DNA from: Leptonemataceae bacterium
GTDB taxonomy: Bacteria; Spirochaetota; Leptospiria; Leptospirales; Leptonemataceae
Direction: 5' to 3'
Length of the DNA stretch: 64,000 bases
Assembly: GCA_965227295.1 (NCBI GenBank)
Contig: OZ245742.1
Span: 3,392,001-3,456,000, forward strand
Of the stretch, positions 48,346 to 57,898 are shown piece after piece; positions within the stretch are counted from its first letter, which is position 1; each line of letters starts with the position of its first letter. Made by a program: the position numbers and the translations under genes. The notes beneath the pieces are model-generated. The model made no database searches. It saw only the letters and a list, made by a program, of their open reading frames with translations, and had not been told where the DNA came from.

Positions 48346-49347
48346 TCAACCCGCCAGAATTTTCGCCAGTTCCCCATCGGCGAACGCCCACACCGGCCGC
48401 CCCGGCTCTTCGCTTAACGTCTCCACTAACTTACCTGGAAAACCATCTACCACCGAACGCGCGCCGAACTCCGCGCGTTGGTTGATCAGCGAGCCCGCGC
48501 GCACGATCGAACCGGGGCCGACCCGACTGTTGTCGCATACGATGGCGCCGGGTTCGATCACCGAACCGCGGCCGATCGTGCAGCCGTGAATCATGGCGCC
48601 CGGACCGATGATCACGTCGTCCTCGATTACCAGCTCGTTTGACGGCAGCAGATGCAGCACGGTGTTGGCATGAATCTGCACCCGCGCGCCGATGCGTACG
48701 GGGCCGTGGGAATCGCCGATGATTTTTACGCCCGGGCCGATCGTGGAGCCGGCGCCGATGACGACGTCGCCCAGAATCTCGACGGACGGGAAAAGCGCGG
48801 CAGTCGCGTCGACGTGCGGATGTTTGTCGCGGAAGTCGTAGAGTTGTTGCATGGGTATATTCCGATGGTTGGAAATGATTTGCGGTTCGGCGTCGGGGAG
48901 GCTCAGGTCTCCGCCGCGCATTCGGCTTAACATCTCGTGATCTTTTGTTTGCAGCCGGCGGATGATCCGGCCCGGTCGGCCCAGGATGACCGACTCCGCC
49001 GGTATTTCGACACCTGCCGGGATGAGCGTGCCTTCGCCCAGGATGCAACGATCACCGAGTTTGGCGCCGGGCATGAGGATGGCGGCGTTGCCGACTTCAC
49101 ACAGATCGCCGACGGTTGCGCCGATGCACAACGTGCGATGCCCGAATACCGTCTTGCGACCGATGCGGCACGGCTGCTCGCTCGAACCCCAGGCGACGCA
49201 GTTTTCCAGAATCATCGACTGTGCACCGATCGTAAGACCACCGCGGTCGTGTAACACCGCGCCGAATGAGATATGCGTGCGCGGCCCGAGATGGACGTTG
49301 CCTGACAGCACGGCACTGTCGGCGATTTGCATCGGCGCGTCGGACAT
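48346..49347 (-). CDS. tandem gamma-carbonic-anhydrase-like (left-handed beta-helix) protein
   Basis: Two consecutive YrdA/PaaY-like hexapeptide domains, each ending in G.P(G/A)(R/K).. Confidence 0.85.
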   Translation of the reverse strand: MSDAPMQIADSAVLSGNVHLGPRTHISFGAVLHDRGGLTIGAQSMILENCVAWGSSEQPCRIGRKTVFGHRTLCIGATVGDLCEVGNAAILMPGAKLGDRCILGEGTLIPAGVEIPAESVILGRPGRIIRRLQTKDHEMLSRMRGGDLSLPDAEPQIISNHRNIPMQQLYDFRDKHPHVDATAALFPSVEILGDVVIGAGSTIGPGVKIIGDSHGPVRIGARVQIHANTVLHLLPSNELVIEDDVIIGPGAMIHGCTIGRGSVIEPGAIVCDNSRVGPGSIVRAGSLINQRAEFGARSVVDGFPGKLVETLSEEPGRPVWAFADGELAKILAG

Positions 49348-49386
49348 GTTTGTGGATACGCCCGGGCCGTGTACGATCAAGCAGTT

Positions 49387-50727
49387 TTAGCGCACCCGAA
49401 TCACCACCGGCATCCCATCCTTCGGTCGCAACGTAATCAGCGGCTCAATGCTGACATCCTTGCGCACGGGTTCCAGGTGAACGTTCGCCGCAATCCCGGC
49501 CAGCGCGATCACGAGTTCGGCCAGGGCAAAGTCCGCCCCGATGCACAGCCGCGGGCCGCCGCCGAACGGAAAGTACGCGTAGCCGAAGTCCCCGTCTCGT
49601 TTCGCCGGGCCGGCGTTCGGTACAAATCGCTCCGGAGAGAATGTTAGCGGATCTTCCCAGAACTGCGGATGGCGCCCGGTGAGCCACTGGGCGACGAACA
49701 ACTGCGCGCCGGCGGGGATGCGGTAACCCATCACATCGTCCGCACCGATCGCCCGGCGTGCGACGGTCCAGACCGGCGGATACAATCGCATCGCTTCCAG
49801 TACGACACCGCGCGTATAAGCAAGCTCCGGCACGTCCGCGAATGCCGGGACCGTGCCGCGGCCGACTTCCTGTTCCAGCACTTCGCGTTTCTCAGGATTC
49901 CGCGCGAGCAGGTACAACGTCCAGGTCAGCGCCGTGGCCGATGTTTCGTGTCCCGCGAGCAGCAGCGTGAGGACTTCATCGCGTAGCTGGTCGGCGTTCA
50001 TGGCCTGGCCGTCTTCGTCCCGGGCATTCATGAGCATGGCGAGTAGATCATCGTGTTCGTCGGGGTGATTGCGGCGTGCGTCGATGATCTCGTTCACGAT
50101 GCGGCGCAGTTCTTTTACGGCGCGACGCAATCGAAAGTCCAGGGGCAGGAAGTGCACGAAGTTCGGCACGCCGGTGAACACGCGTTTTGTCAGCAGCTTG
50201 TTCGCGCGATCCAGGGCGTCGCCGAGGGCGGCGGCTTCTTTTGTAAGATCGCGGCTGAAGAGGGCGAGCCCCGCAATGCGCAACGCCAGGCGCGCCGCTG
50301 CTTCGGCCAGGTCCACGCTTTCGCCGTCGCGGCGTTTCCATTCCGTGACGAGATCGGCCGTGCACTCGTGCATCCGGCGCCCGTACAACTCAATACGTTT
50401 GCGGTGAAAGGCCGGCTGGATCAAACGGCGCTGCTTTAGCCAGGACGCCCCCTCGTTCGTGAGCAGGCCCGTTCCGAAGAGTCGCGCCGCTAATAGCCTG
50501 TAATCGAAGGTTTGTTTGTCGTAGTTGGTATGATTGGATTGCAGTACGCGTTCCACCGCGTCCGGATGAATGAAGAGATAACCCTGTTCCAGACCGAAGC
50601 GAAAACGTACGATCTCGGAGAAACGTTCGCCCGTGCGGTCGAGGAAGCCCAGCGGGTCTCTGGCAAACGCGAGGATGTGACCGATGAGCGGAAGGCCGCC
50701 GGGGAGTTGAGGGACTTCGCGAGGCAT
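49387..50727 (-). CDS. cytochrome P450
   Basis: AGHETS I-helix, EAMR (ExxR), PERF, FGGGPRLCIG heme-thiolate motif. Confidence 0.97.
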   Translation of the reverse strand: MPREVPQLPGGLPLIGHILAFARDPLGFLDRTGERFSEIVRFRFGLEQGYLFIHPDAVERVLQSNHTNYDKQTFDYRLLAARLFGTGLLTNEGASWLKQRRLIQPAFHRKRIELYGRRMHECTADLVTEWKRRDGESVDLAEAAARLALRIAGLALFSRDLTKEAAALGDALDRANKLLTKRVFTGVPNFVHFLPLDFRLRRAVKELRRIVNEIIDARRNHPDEHDDLLAMLMNARDEDGQAMNADQLRDEVLTLLLAGHETSATALTWTLYLLARNPEKREVLEQEVGRGTVPAFADVPELAYTRGVVLEAMRLYPPVWTVARRAIGADDVMGYRIPAGAQLFVAQWLTGRHPQFWEDPLTFSPERFVPNAGPAKRDGDFGYAYFPFGGGPRLCIGADFALAELVIALAGIAANVHLEPVRKDVSIEPLITLRPKDGMPVVIRVR

Positions 50728-50769
50728 GGCCGGATGAACTCACAGGAGGATGAGCGGTCGAGAGGTTTC

Positions 50770-51744
50770 TTACCAGTATCCCTTGTGTTCTTCCATCACG
50801 CCGAACATATCACCGGTTTCCACCCAGTCGCCGTCCACACGGACGACACCGCTCGCCTTTACGAAGATTTCGGTGTGCCAGATCATCATGGCCGTGGGGA
50901 TGTACGTGCGGTCGGTTTTCATCTGAAAGAGTTCTACGGCGAGGTCCATGTCCGGGGACGTCACGTGCCAGGTTTGTTTCCATTTGTCCTTGTCGCGAAA
51001 CTCGAACGACACCGTCTGCGACAGCCGCACCCACTCATTCGTGCGCGGGCTTTTGACGTTCGCGGTGAAGTAGATTTCCGTGTACAGCTGCGCGTAGGCG
51101 CCGTAGTTGATGAGCGAGGCCAGGCCGGCCTGTTCGTTCTGTACAGCGAGCCAGTGCCAGCCGGTGTTCCGGGGAATGCGGCCCCAGCAGTGATCGTAGT
51201 AGGTGAGGGCGTTGTCGAGATTGTAAGTCTTGTTGTTGGCTTCCACGGTACCGGTCGTGCGATTGTGGAAGAAATGCATGAGGCCGTAGCGGTTTCGAAT
51301 TTCGTAGTCGAACTTCGTGAAGTACGGAATCGACGACGTGATCTTTAAGTCCGCCTTGATGTTCCGGTTGTCCACCGTAAGCGCCCAGTTGCCCTCGCCG
51401 ACGTACGGATCGGACGGGTCGGATATCTCAAACGCGCCGCTGTACTCGAACTTCGTGCCGCCGAAGAGCGTGCTGCCTTTCAGGTAAAGTTGATCCGGCG
51501 GAATCTTAGAGTCCGTGTAGAGGATGGGTTTGATGTGCACCGGCTTTTCGAACTCCGGGTCGAACACCGACATTACGAACTGATCGGCGAGCCAGGTGCG
51601 CACCACGTACCAGCTCACGTAGAACTTGCCGTCGGGATCCATGGCTCCGGAGTACCACCATTCCTTGTAGCGCTGTTCGTCGCTGAAGGGATTGAGGATG
51701 TCCAGAATGCGATTGCGGAGGACTTTCTTTTCTTCGATTTCCAT
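50770..51744 (-). CDS. DUF2804 / AttH / tocopherol-cyclase-like beta-barrel protein
   Basis: KEWWY, YYDH.WG..P..T.W.W, C-terminal G..E.H...W. Confidence 0.7.
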   Translation of the reverse strand: MEIEEKKVLRNRILDILNPFSDEQRYKEWWYSGAMDPDGKFYVSWYVVRTWLADQFVMSVFDPEFEKPVHIKPILYTDSKIPPDQLYLKGSTLFGGTKFEYSGAFEISDPSDPYVGEGNWALTVDNRNIKADLKITSSIPYFTKFDYEIRNRYGLMHFFHNRTTGTVEANNKTYNLDNALTYYDHCWGRIPRNTGWHWLAVQNEQAGLASLINYGAYAQLYTEIYFTANVKSPRTNEWVRLSQTVSFEFRDKDKWKQTWHVTSPDMDLAVELFQMKTDRTYIPTAMMIWHTEIFVKASGVVRVDGDWVETGDMFGVMEEHKGYW

Positions 51745-51772
51745 GTATGTTTCTCGCTGTCGTGCGTGCGGC

Positions 51773-52609
51773 TCAGGCGCCTTCGCCCGGCTCCGGTTCG
51801 GGGACGATCTCGGTGGCGTCCTTCGAGCCGGTCTTCAGGTATTCGTCGTACTTCGCGGAGCGGGTGCCGAAGACCGTGTCCGTCCAGTTGTAGAGCCCGG
51901 CATAGTTGCCGATGAACTTCGTGTGATGAAAATCGTGGAAGGCCGGCCCGTCGTAAAACGGCAGCCAGTGAAACGGATTCCACGGAAACGAATAGCCCGA
52001 GTGTTGCTCCGCCGCCTCCCATTGTCGGACGACGACCCAGATCCACACGGTAACGATGTGCGAGGACAGCAGGATCGGGCCGATCAGGATCATGCTGGAG
52101 ATCATGATGTACTCCACCGGATGCAGATAGTTGCCGGTAATGGAGATGGGCGTGGTGATGCGGTGATGGACCTTGTGAACATTCCGGTAGAGCCAGGGAT
52201 TGACGTGCATGTAACGATGGGCCCAGTAGTACAGAAAATCGTCGAGGATCGTGAAAAGCAACACCGAGCCCGCGATGATGTACCACGGCGGGAGGGGGCC
52301 CGCGTGAATGCCCGTCAGCCGGAGGACCGGCCAGGAAAGTACACTCAAAACCAACATTAACAAAAAGTTGCTCAGTAGCTGCTTGACGGAGTCGTTTACG
52401 ATACCATCATACGACTCCAGTCGCCTTTCCTGGACCCGGTACTTCCGGGCCCACTCCGGATTCCGGATGGCCAGGTAAGTCAGCGGCGCCGCCATGAGGC
52501 AGAAGGCCGAAAGGGCAATGAGGTTCGCGAAGATGGGAAAGTACAGGAACATCGGTTCCCGGTACCAGCCGGCGACGGTCTCGAAGAGTTGCAGTAAAGA
52601 TTCGCTCAT
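51773..52609 (-). CDS. sterol desaturase / fatty acid hydroxylase family (C-4 methylsterol oxidase-like) di-iron enzyme
   Basis: His boxes YWAHR.MH, HKVHH, H.GY..PW, HDFHH; GNY......D..FGT. Confidence 0.9.
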   Translation of the reverse strand: MSESLLQLFETVAGWYREPMFLYFPIFANLIALSAFCLMAAPLTYLAIRNPEWARKYRVQERRLESYDGIVNDSVKQLLSNFLLMLVLSVLSWPVLRLTGIHAGPLPPWYIIAGSVLLFTILDDFLYYWAHRYMHVNPWLYRNVHKVHHRITTPISITGNYLHPVEYIMISSMILIGPILLSSHIVTVWIWVVVRQWEAAEQHSGYSFPWNPFHWLPFYDGPAFHDFHHTKFIGNYAGLYNWTDTVFGTRSAKYDEYLKTGSKDATEIVPEPEPGEGA

Positions 52610-52645
52610 AGGCTTACAGGCTTAAACTTTCATTGAAAGATCATT

Positions 52646-55600
52646 ATGCAAGAAACCAGGTCAAGCTTAAAATCAGTGATCCCGTATCTCCCGTTTGCGA
52701 CGGTGCGCAACCTTGTGGAGAGCGATCGCATCTCCCGTACGGAGACGTTGCGCGGCAGTGTTCTCTTCATTGATGTCGCGGGTTTCACACCCATGTGTCT
52801 CGCCCTGGCTTCGGAGGGCGCGGCCGGAATCCAGGCGTTGCAGGAAATCATGTCGCGCTACTACTCCGGGTTGCTCGACTTCGTCCGCGACTTCGGCGGC
52901 GTCGTCTACCAGTTCGCCGGCGATTCCATTCTGGTGGGCATGCGCCTCGGTCCCGACGAAAGCGATGCGGATGCGGCCGTTCGTGCCGCGCGTTGCGTCA
53001 CCGAGATGCATTCCGCCGTCGACGCCTTCGCGGACTTCGAGGCCCTCGGTCGTACGTATACCATTCAAACGAAAGCCGGTGCCGGCTTCGGTGAGTATCA
53101 CAGCATCTTGCTCGGCCAGCGGGACTCCTGGTTCTATCCGGCTCTCGTCGGACCGGCCGTCGAAGACGCAGTGGGCGCGGAGGTGCGCGCGAGCGGCGGC
53201 CAGACGTTGATCTCCGGCACGTTGATGCGGTTGCTTCCGAACGGGGTGGCCGACGCGCAGCCCACGGCCGACGGCGAAGACTTTTACGAACTGCGCGGCC
53301 TGGATCTTTCCACCGTACCGCATACCGCCGGCCGTTCGGACTTCGTATCGTTTCAGTTGCCCCAGGGTTTCGATCAGGACAAACTCTATCGGCGTTGCAC
53401 ATACTTTCTGCAAGACGCCTTAATTAAGAAGATTACCACCGGCCACCGCGGATTCACCGGGGATCTGCGCAACACCACCTCGCTTTTCGTGCGCTTCGAG
53501 GGCCTCGACTACCGCGATCGTCCGCAAACCCTGGCGACGAACCTGGGCGCTTTCTTTCGCTTCGTGCAGAGTGAGAGCCGTACGTCCGGCGGCCTCTTTT
53601 TGCAGGCGGACTTCACCGACAAGGGCGGGGTTTTTCTCATTCTCTTCGGCGCACCCACGGCTCTTGAGAACAAAGAGGCCGCCGCCGCGCGCCTGGCGCT
53701 GCGCATCCTCAAAGAACGCGCTCGCTTTGAGTTCATTGAACATTTGCAGGCCGGCCTTGCCACCGGGGACGCCTACTGCGGCGACCTGGGCGCTCCCTTT
53801 CGCAAAAGCTATTCCGTACTCGGAGAAAACGTAAACGTCGCCTCGCGCCTGGCCACCTTCACCGGCCGGGACGATTACACCGTCGAGAACGCCAGCGTCT
53901 TCGCCGACGCCGCCACGCAAACGCGATTGCCGCGCCGCTTCACCGTGGAGACCGTCGGCGAAACGAACCTTAAGGGTATCTCAGCGCCGGTTAAGACGTA
54001 TCGCATCCTCGGCGAAAAGGAGCTGCACGGCTTCTTTCATTTGCATCACGATCGGCTCATCGGCCGGCGGCGGGAACTGGCGTTCCTAAAGGAACAACTG
54101 GACGCCATCATCGACGATCGCCAGGGCCGGGTGGTTTCCATCAGCGGGGAGGCCGGCGTCGGCAAGTCCCGCCTGGTGGGCGCCTTCATGGAAGAGCTGG
54201 CCAATCGCCGGGTGGAACTCTACGGCGGTCATTGCTTCAGCTACGAACGGCACACGCCGCTGTTTCCCTGGAAGGAACTCCTGCTCCAGGTCTTCGAGAT
54301 CGACGAACACGATTCCAACGAGGCCAGGCTCGGTAAGATTGAAGCCGCCCTGGAACCCCTGGCCGACGTCTCGAAGGAATGGGCGCTGGCCCTCGGCGTG
54401 CTTCTCGGGTTCACCGGCATCCACGAAAAACCGCTGACGCGTTCGCTCGACGCGCGGGAAAAGAACCTGCGTCTATCGCAGATTGTTTGCGACCTCGTGC
54501 GTCACGCCGCGCGGGAGAATCCGGTGTGCCTCTACTTCGAAGACGCCCACTGGATGGACGAGACCTCGTTTAAGCTGATCGAGTTCGTCGTGGCCCGCAT
54601 TCGTGAACTGCCCGTCATTGTGCTGTTGTCCCTGCGTCCGGATCCCATCATCGAAAGCCTGGAACAGGATCACGCCAACGGCGCCCTGGCCACGCCCTAT
54701 GCGAAGCTGGAACTCGGTCACCTCGAAGAAGACGACGCCCGGGAGTTTGTCCGCCATCGGCTGCGGTTGAACGAGGAACACGGCGGCCTGGAGGATACGA
54801 TCTTACAGGTAGCGCAGGGCAATCCCTTCTTTATAGAGAGCATCGTGGACAGCCTGGTGGAGCAGGGGCACATCCAACAGAACGGAGCCACCGGGCCGGG
54901 CGGCGAGGACCTGCGTGAACTGGCCACCGAGGTGGATCGCATCCAGGTGCCGAACTCGTTGAAGGACGTGTTGCTCGCGCGCCTGGACGGCCTCGACGAA
55001 AACGCGAAGACGACGCTCAAGACCGCGTCGGTGATCGGTCGCGTCTTCGCCTTCGAAATCCTGCGCCAGCTTCTGCCGGACACCCTGAGCCACGACATGG
55101 CCGAGGCGTCGTTGATCGATCTGGAACGCATCGAACTGACGCGCCTGGAAACGCCCATGCCGCTCGAGTACATCTTCAAACACGTCGTCATTCGCGACGT
55201 CGCCTACGAAAGCATGCTGCTTTCCACGCGGGAGTTCATTCATCGCCGCCTCGCGCGGCATCTCGAAACATTGTACGAAGACAACTTACGCGACCGCGCC
55301 GACACCCTGGCCTATCACTTTCTCCAGGGCAAGGACTCGGTCGCCGCGCTGCGTTATACCATGCTCGCCGGGGACAAGGCCCGGGACAACTACGCGAACC
55401 GCGACGCCATCGCGTACTACGAGCAGGCGGAAAGCATACTGAGCGACCTGCGCTCCGGGGCGGGCGCGGGCAATCCCGAGGGCGATCCGGTGCCGTCGCC
55501 GGAGGAACTCCAGGCGCATCTCGTCGAAGTCAAACAACACCTGGCCGAAATCCGCAGCCGCATCGGCGAGTACGAAAGCGCGTTGAACGGTTACCGGTCC

Positions 55601-57049
55601 TGCTTCGAACTTGTCAGCGAACCGGAAGCACGCGCGCGATTGCATCTCGGCATGGGGCTCATTTACCAGGAGCGCGGCGAACCGCGCGAGGCCGTCTCCG
55701 AGATGGAACAGGCCATGAAACTCTACGGCAAGAATCCGCCGCGCACAAAGGTCGGTACCATCGTTTCGTTGCTCGGCCAGTTCTTCGTACGATTCCTGTA
55801 CCAGACCATGCCGTTTACGATTCGCCGTCTGCCGAAGTCCGATCGCGAACGCAACAAACGCCTGCTGCAATGTTTGCGCGTTCTGGAAAAGATGTACTTC
55901 CTCGTGGATCTCGAACGTTTCGCCTGGGGCGGCGCCTACGGCATCAACCTGGCCGAACGTGTGGCCGATCCCGGTGAACTGGCGCAGTTCCAGGCCGCCT
56001 ACGGTATGATCATGAACGGCATGGGTGCGAAGGCCGCCGCGCGCCGCTACCTGGAAGACGCCCTTGAGCTCGCGCGCAAATCCAAAAGCCGCAACCCGCT
56101 CATTGAAGGGTTGATTCTGCAACTCAACGGTACCTTCTACATGTTCTGGGACGATCCCGAGGGCGGCCTCGAAGCCCTCGACGAATCCATTCGAATCTAT
56201 CGCGGGGCCGGCGGGATGTGGGAGCTGCTCACGTCCCTCGGAACCCAGGGGCAGCTTTTATTTTTGTTGTCTCGATTCAAGGAATCCCAGGAGAAATACG
56301 AACAGTGCGGGGAGCTGGCGGAGGAACTGAATTCGGCGGTGCATCTCGGCTGGAGGTACTGCAAGGCCTCGTTCTGTAAGTTTCTCACAAACGAACCTAC
56401 GGCGGAGCTGGTGGGCGAGGTCCGCGCCGATCTCTACCAGGCCATCGCCCTTTCGGTTCAGGCCGAAGATCTCATGAATCATCTCATCGCCACGGCGCAC
56501 CTGGCCACGGTGGCGCGCATGTGCAACGACGCCGACGAGGCGGCGCGCCTGGCCGCGGAGGTGTTGGACATCAACCGTCGCTATAAAGTCAACGTACCGC
56601 ATGTTAAGATCGCCCTGGTCGACGCGGCGGATGCGGCGCTCTTTGCCGTGGAACACGTGCGGGAACACGGCGGCCAGGCCGGCGGCATGAGCGAGCGGGA
56701 TCTGTTCAAACTTGCGGCCGGTGCCTGGAAGAAGGCGCGGGCCCTCGGCAAAACCTTTCCATATCTGCGCGGGCCGGCGGAGCGGGCGCGGGCCTGGTAC
56801 GTGCATTTGCGCAAGGGACCGGCCCGGGCGCGGTCGATCTACGAAAAGGCGATCGAATACCTGGACGACTCGCCCCATCGCTGGGAATGCGCCCAGGCCT
56901 ACGCGGCGGCGGCGCGCGCGTATCCGGAGGGCGACGAGAAACGCCTGCGCTACCTCGACACCGCGCGGGAGATCTGCATGGCTCACGGCATCGAAGCGGA
57001 ACTGAGTCGTCTGCGCGGTTTGATGCCCGACGTCGCGGCGACCTCATGA
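52646..57049 (+). CDS. soluble-adenylyl-cyclase-like protein: two class III cyclase domains + STAND/AAA ATPase + TPR repeats
   Basis: FIDVAGFT..FAGD (C1); DKG..FGAP..Y..LGE.VN.A.RL (C2); Walker A GEAGVGKS; Walker B FEDAHW.D; GNPFF; Y.FKH...RDVAY; TPR-like helices. Confidence 0.9.
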   Translation: MQETRSSLKSVIPYLPFATVRNLVESDRISRTETLRGSVLFIDVAGFTPMCLALASEGAAGIQALQEIMSRYYSGLLDFVRDFGGVVYQFAGDSILVGMRLGPDESDADAAVRAARCVTEMHSAVDAFADFEALGRTYTIQTKAGAGFGEYHSILLGQRDSWFYPALVGPAVEDAVGAEVRASGGQTLISGTLMRLLPNGVADAQPTADGEDFYELRGLDLSTVPHTAGRSDFVSFQLPQGFDQDKLYRRCTYFLQDALIKKITTGHRGFTGDLRNTTSLFVRFEGLDYRDRPQTLATNLGAFFRFVQSESRTSGGLFLQADFTDKGGVFLILFGAPTALENKEAAAARLALRILKERARFEFIEHLQAGLATGDAYCGDLGAPFRKSYSVLGENVNVASRLATFTGRDDYTVENASVFADAATQTRLPRRFTVETVGETNLKGISAPVKTYRILGEKELHGFFHLHHDRLIGRRRELAFLKEQLDAIIDDRQGRVVSISGEAGVGKSRLVGAFMEELANRRVELYGGHCFSYERHTPLFPWKELLLQVFEIDEHDSNEARLGKIEAALEPLADVSKEWALALGVLLGFTGIHEKPLTRSLDAREKNLRLSQIVCDLVRHAARENPVCLYFEDAHWMDETSFKLIEFVVARIRELPVIVLLSLRPDPIIESLEQDHANGALATPYAKLELGHLEEDDAREFVRHRLRLNEEHGGLEDTILQVAQGNPFFIESIVDSLVEQGHIQQNGATGPGGEDLRELATEVDRIQVPNSLKDVLLARLDGLDENAKTTLKTASVIGRVFAFEILRQLLPDTLSHDMAEASLIDLERIELTRLETPMPLEYIFKHVVIRDVAYESMLLSTREFIHRRLARHLETLYEDNLRDRADTLAYHFLQGKDSVAALRYTMLAGDKARDNYANRDAIAYYEQAESILSDLRSGAGAGNPEGDPVPSPEELQAHLVEVKQHLAEIRSRIGEYESALNGYRSCFELVSEPEARARLHLGMGLIYQERGEPREAVSEMEQAMKLYGKNPPRTKVGTIVSLLGQFFVRFLYQTMPFTIRRLPKSDRERNKRLLQCLRVLEKMYFLVDLERFAWGGAYGINLAERVADPGELAQFQAAYGMIMNGMGAKAAARRYLEDALELARKSKSRNPLIEGLILQLNGTFYMFWDDPEGGLEALDESIRIYRGAGGMWELLTSLGTQGQLLFLLSRFKESQEKYEQCGELAEELNSAVHLGWRYCKASFCKFLTNEPTAELVGEVRADLYQAIALSVQAEDLMNHLIATAHLATVARMCNDADEAARLAAEVLDINRRYKVNVPHVKIALVDAADAALFAVEHVREHGGQAGGMSERDLFKLAAGAWKKARALGKTFPYLRGPAERARAWYVHLRKGPARARSIYEKAIEYLDDSPHRWECAQAYAAAARAYPEGDEKRLRYLDTAREICMAHGIEAELSRLRGLMPDVAATS

Positions 57050-57441
57050 TCATCGCCGGTCTCGTATACTTCGCGCTGGTCTTCGGGGCCGGTTTTCTGC
57101 TCGGTCCGCCGCGCATCCTCTGGCTGGTCCCGCTGGTAGGTCAGCGCACCGCGGAATTGATCGAGACGCCCATCATGCTCATGGTGATTTATTTTAGCGC
57201 ACGCTGGGTGGTGCGTCGTTTTTCGTTGAGCGGTCGTCCTGCGGCGGCCCTGGGGGCGGGCGGATTGGCATTACTGCTCTTGCTGCTGATGGAGTTCACC
57301 CTGGTCCTGTATCTGCAGGGGCGCAGCATCGAGGACTACCTGGCGTCCCGGGATCCGGTCTCCGGAACGGTGTACGCCGTTTCGTTGCTGATCTTCGGAC
57401 TCATGCCGCTCTGGTTCAGTCGGCGACAGGCTGCACGCTGA
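57046..57441 (+). CDS. hypothetical membrane protein
   Basis: YFALVF.AGF.LG..R...LVP..G.R.AEL.E.P; ATGA coupling to the cyclase stop. Confidence 0.75.
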   Translation: MIIAGLVYFALVFGAGFLLGPPRILWLVPLVGQRTAELIETPIMLMVIYFSARWVVRRFSLSGRPAAALGAGGLALLLLLLMEFTLVLYLQGRSIEDYLASRDPVSGTVYAVSLLIFGLMPLWFSRRQAAR

Positions 57442-57892
57442 TCGCAGGCTCATGTTTCACCGGAAAGTTCATTGAGTTTGCGATAAAACACTTCGCATGC
57501 GCTTCCGCATGCAGGGCGTTCGCCGGTTCGATCATCCCGGCGTCCGCCACGGTTACGCGCGGTCGTAAGATCACTTCCGTGAATCGCCCGCCGCCGTCCT
57601 GGTCGAGCAGCATCGTCCCCGTCGCCTCATCCTCGTAGCCGACGACCACGACCTTCGCCACCGCGCACAGATGCAGGTACCACAGCATGTGGCAGGCCGA
57701 GAGCGAGGCCACGAGCAGGTCCTCGGGATTGTGGCGGGAGGCATCGCCGCGAAACGCCGGGTCCGCCGAACCGTGGAGTTCCGCCTTGCCGTCGATGCGC
57801 ACGACGTACTCCCGGCCGTAGCTTTTGTACGTGGACGTGCCCGGGCCGGTGTTACCGGTCCAGATAAGATGCGTTGCGTAAGTGTGTGCCAT
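57416..57892 (-). CDS. OsmC family protein
   Basis: W.GN.G.GT..Y..Y.R, SADP.FRGD, NPE.LL.A.LS.CHML, AH..CFIANS. Confidence 0.92.
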   Translation of the reverse strand: MAHTYATHLIWTGNTGPGTSTYKSYGREYVVRIDGKAELHGSADPAFRGDASRHNPEDLLVASLSACHMLWYLHLCAVAKVVVVGYEDEATGTMLLDQDGGGRFTEVILRPRVTVADAGMIEPANALHAEAHAKCFIANSMNFPVKHEPAISVQPVAD

Positions 57893-57898
57893 TGTAAG

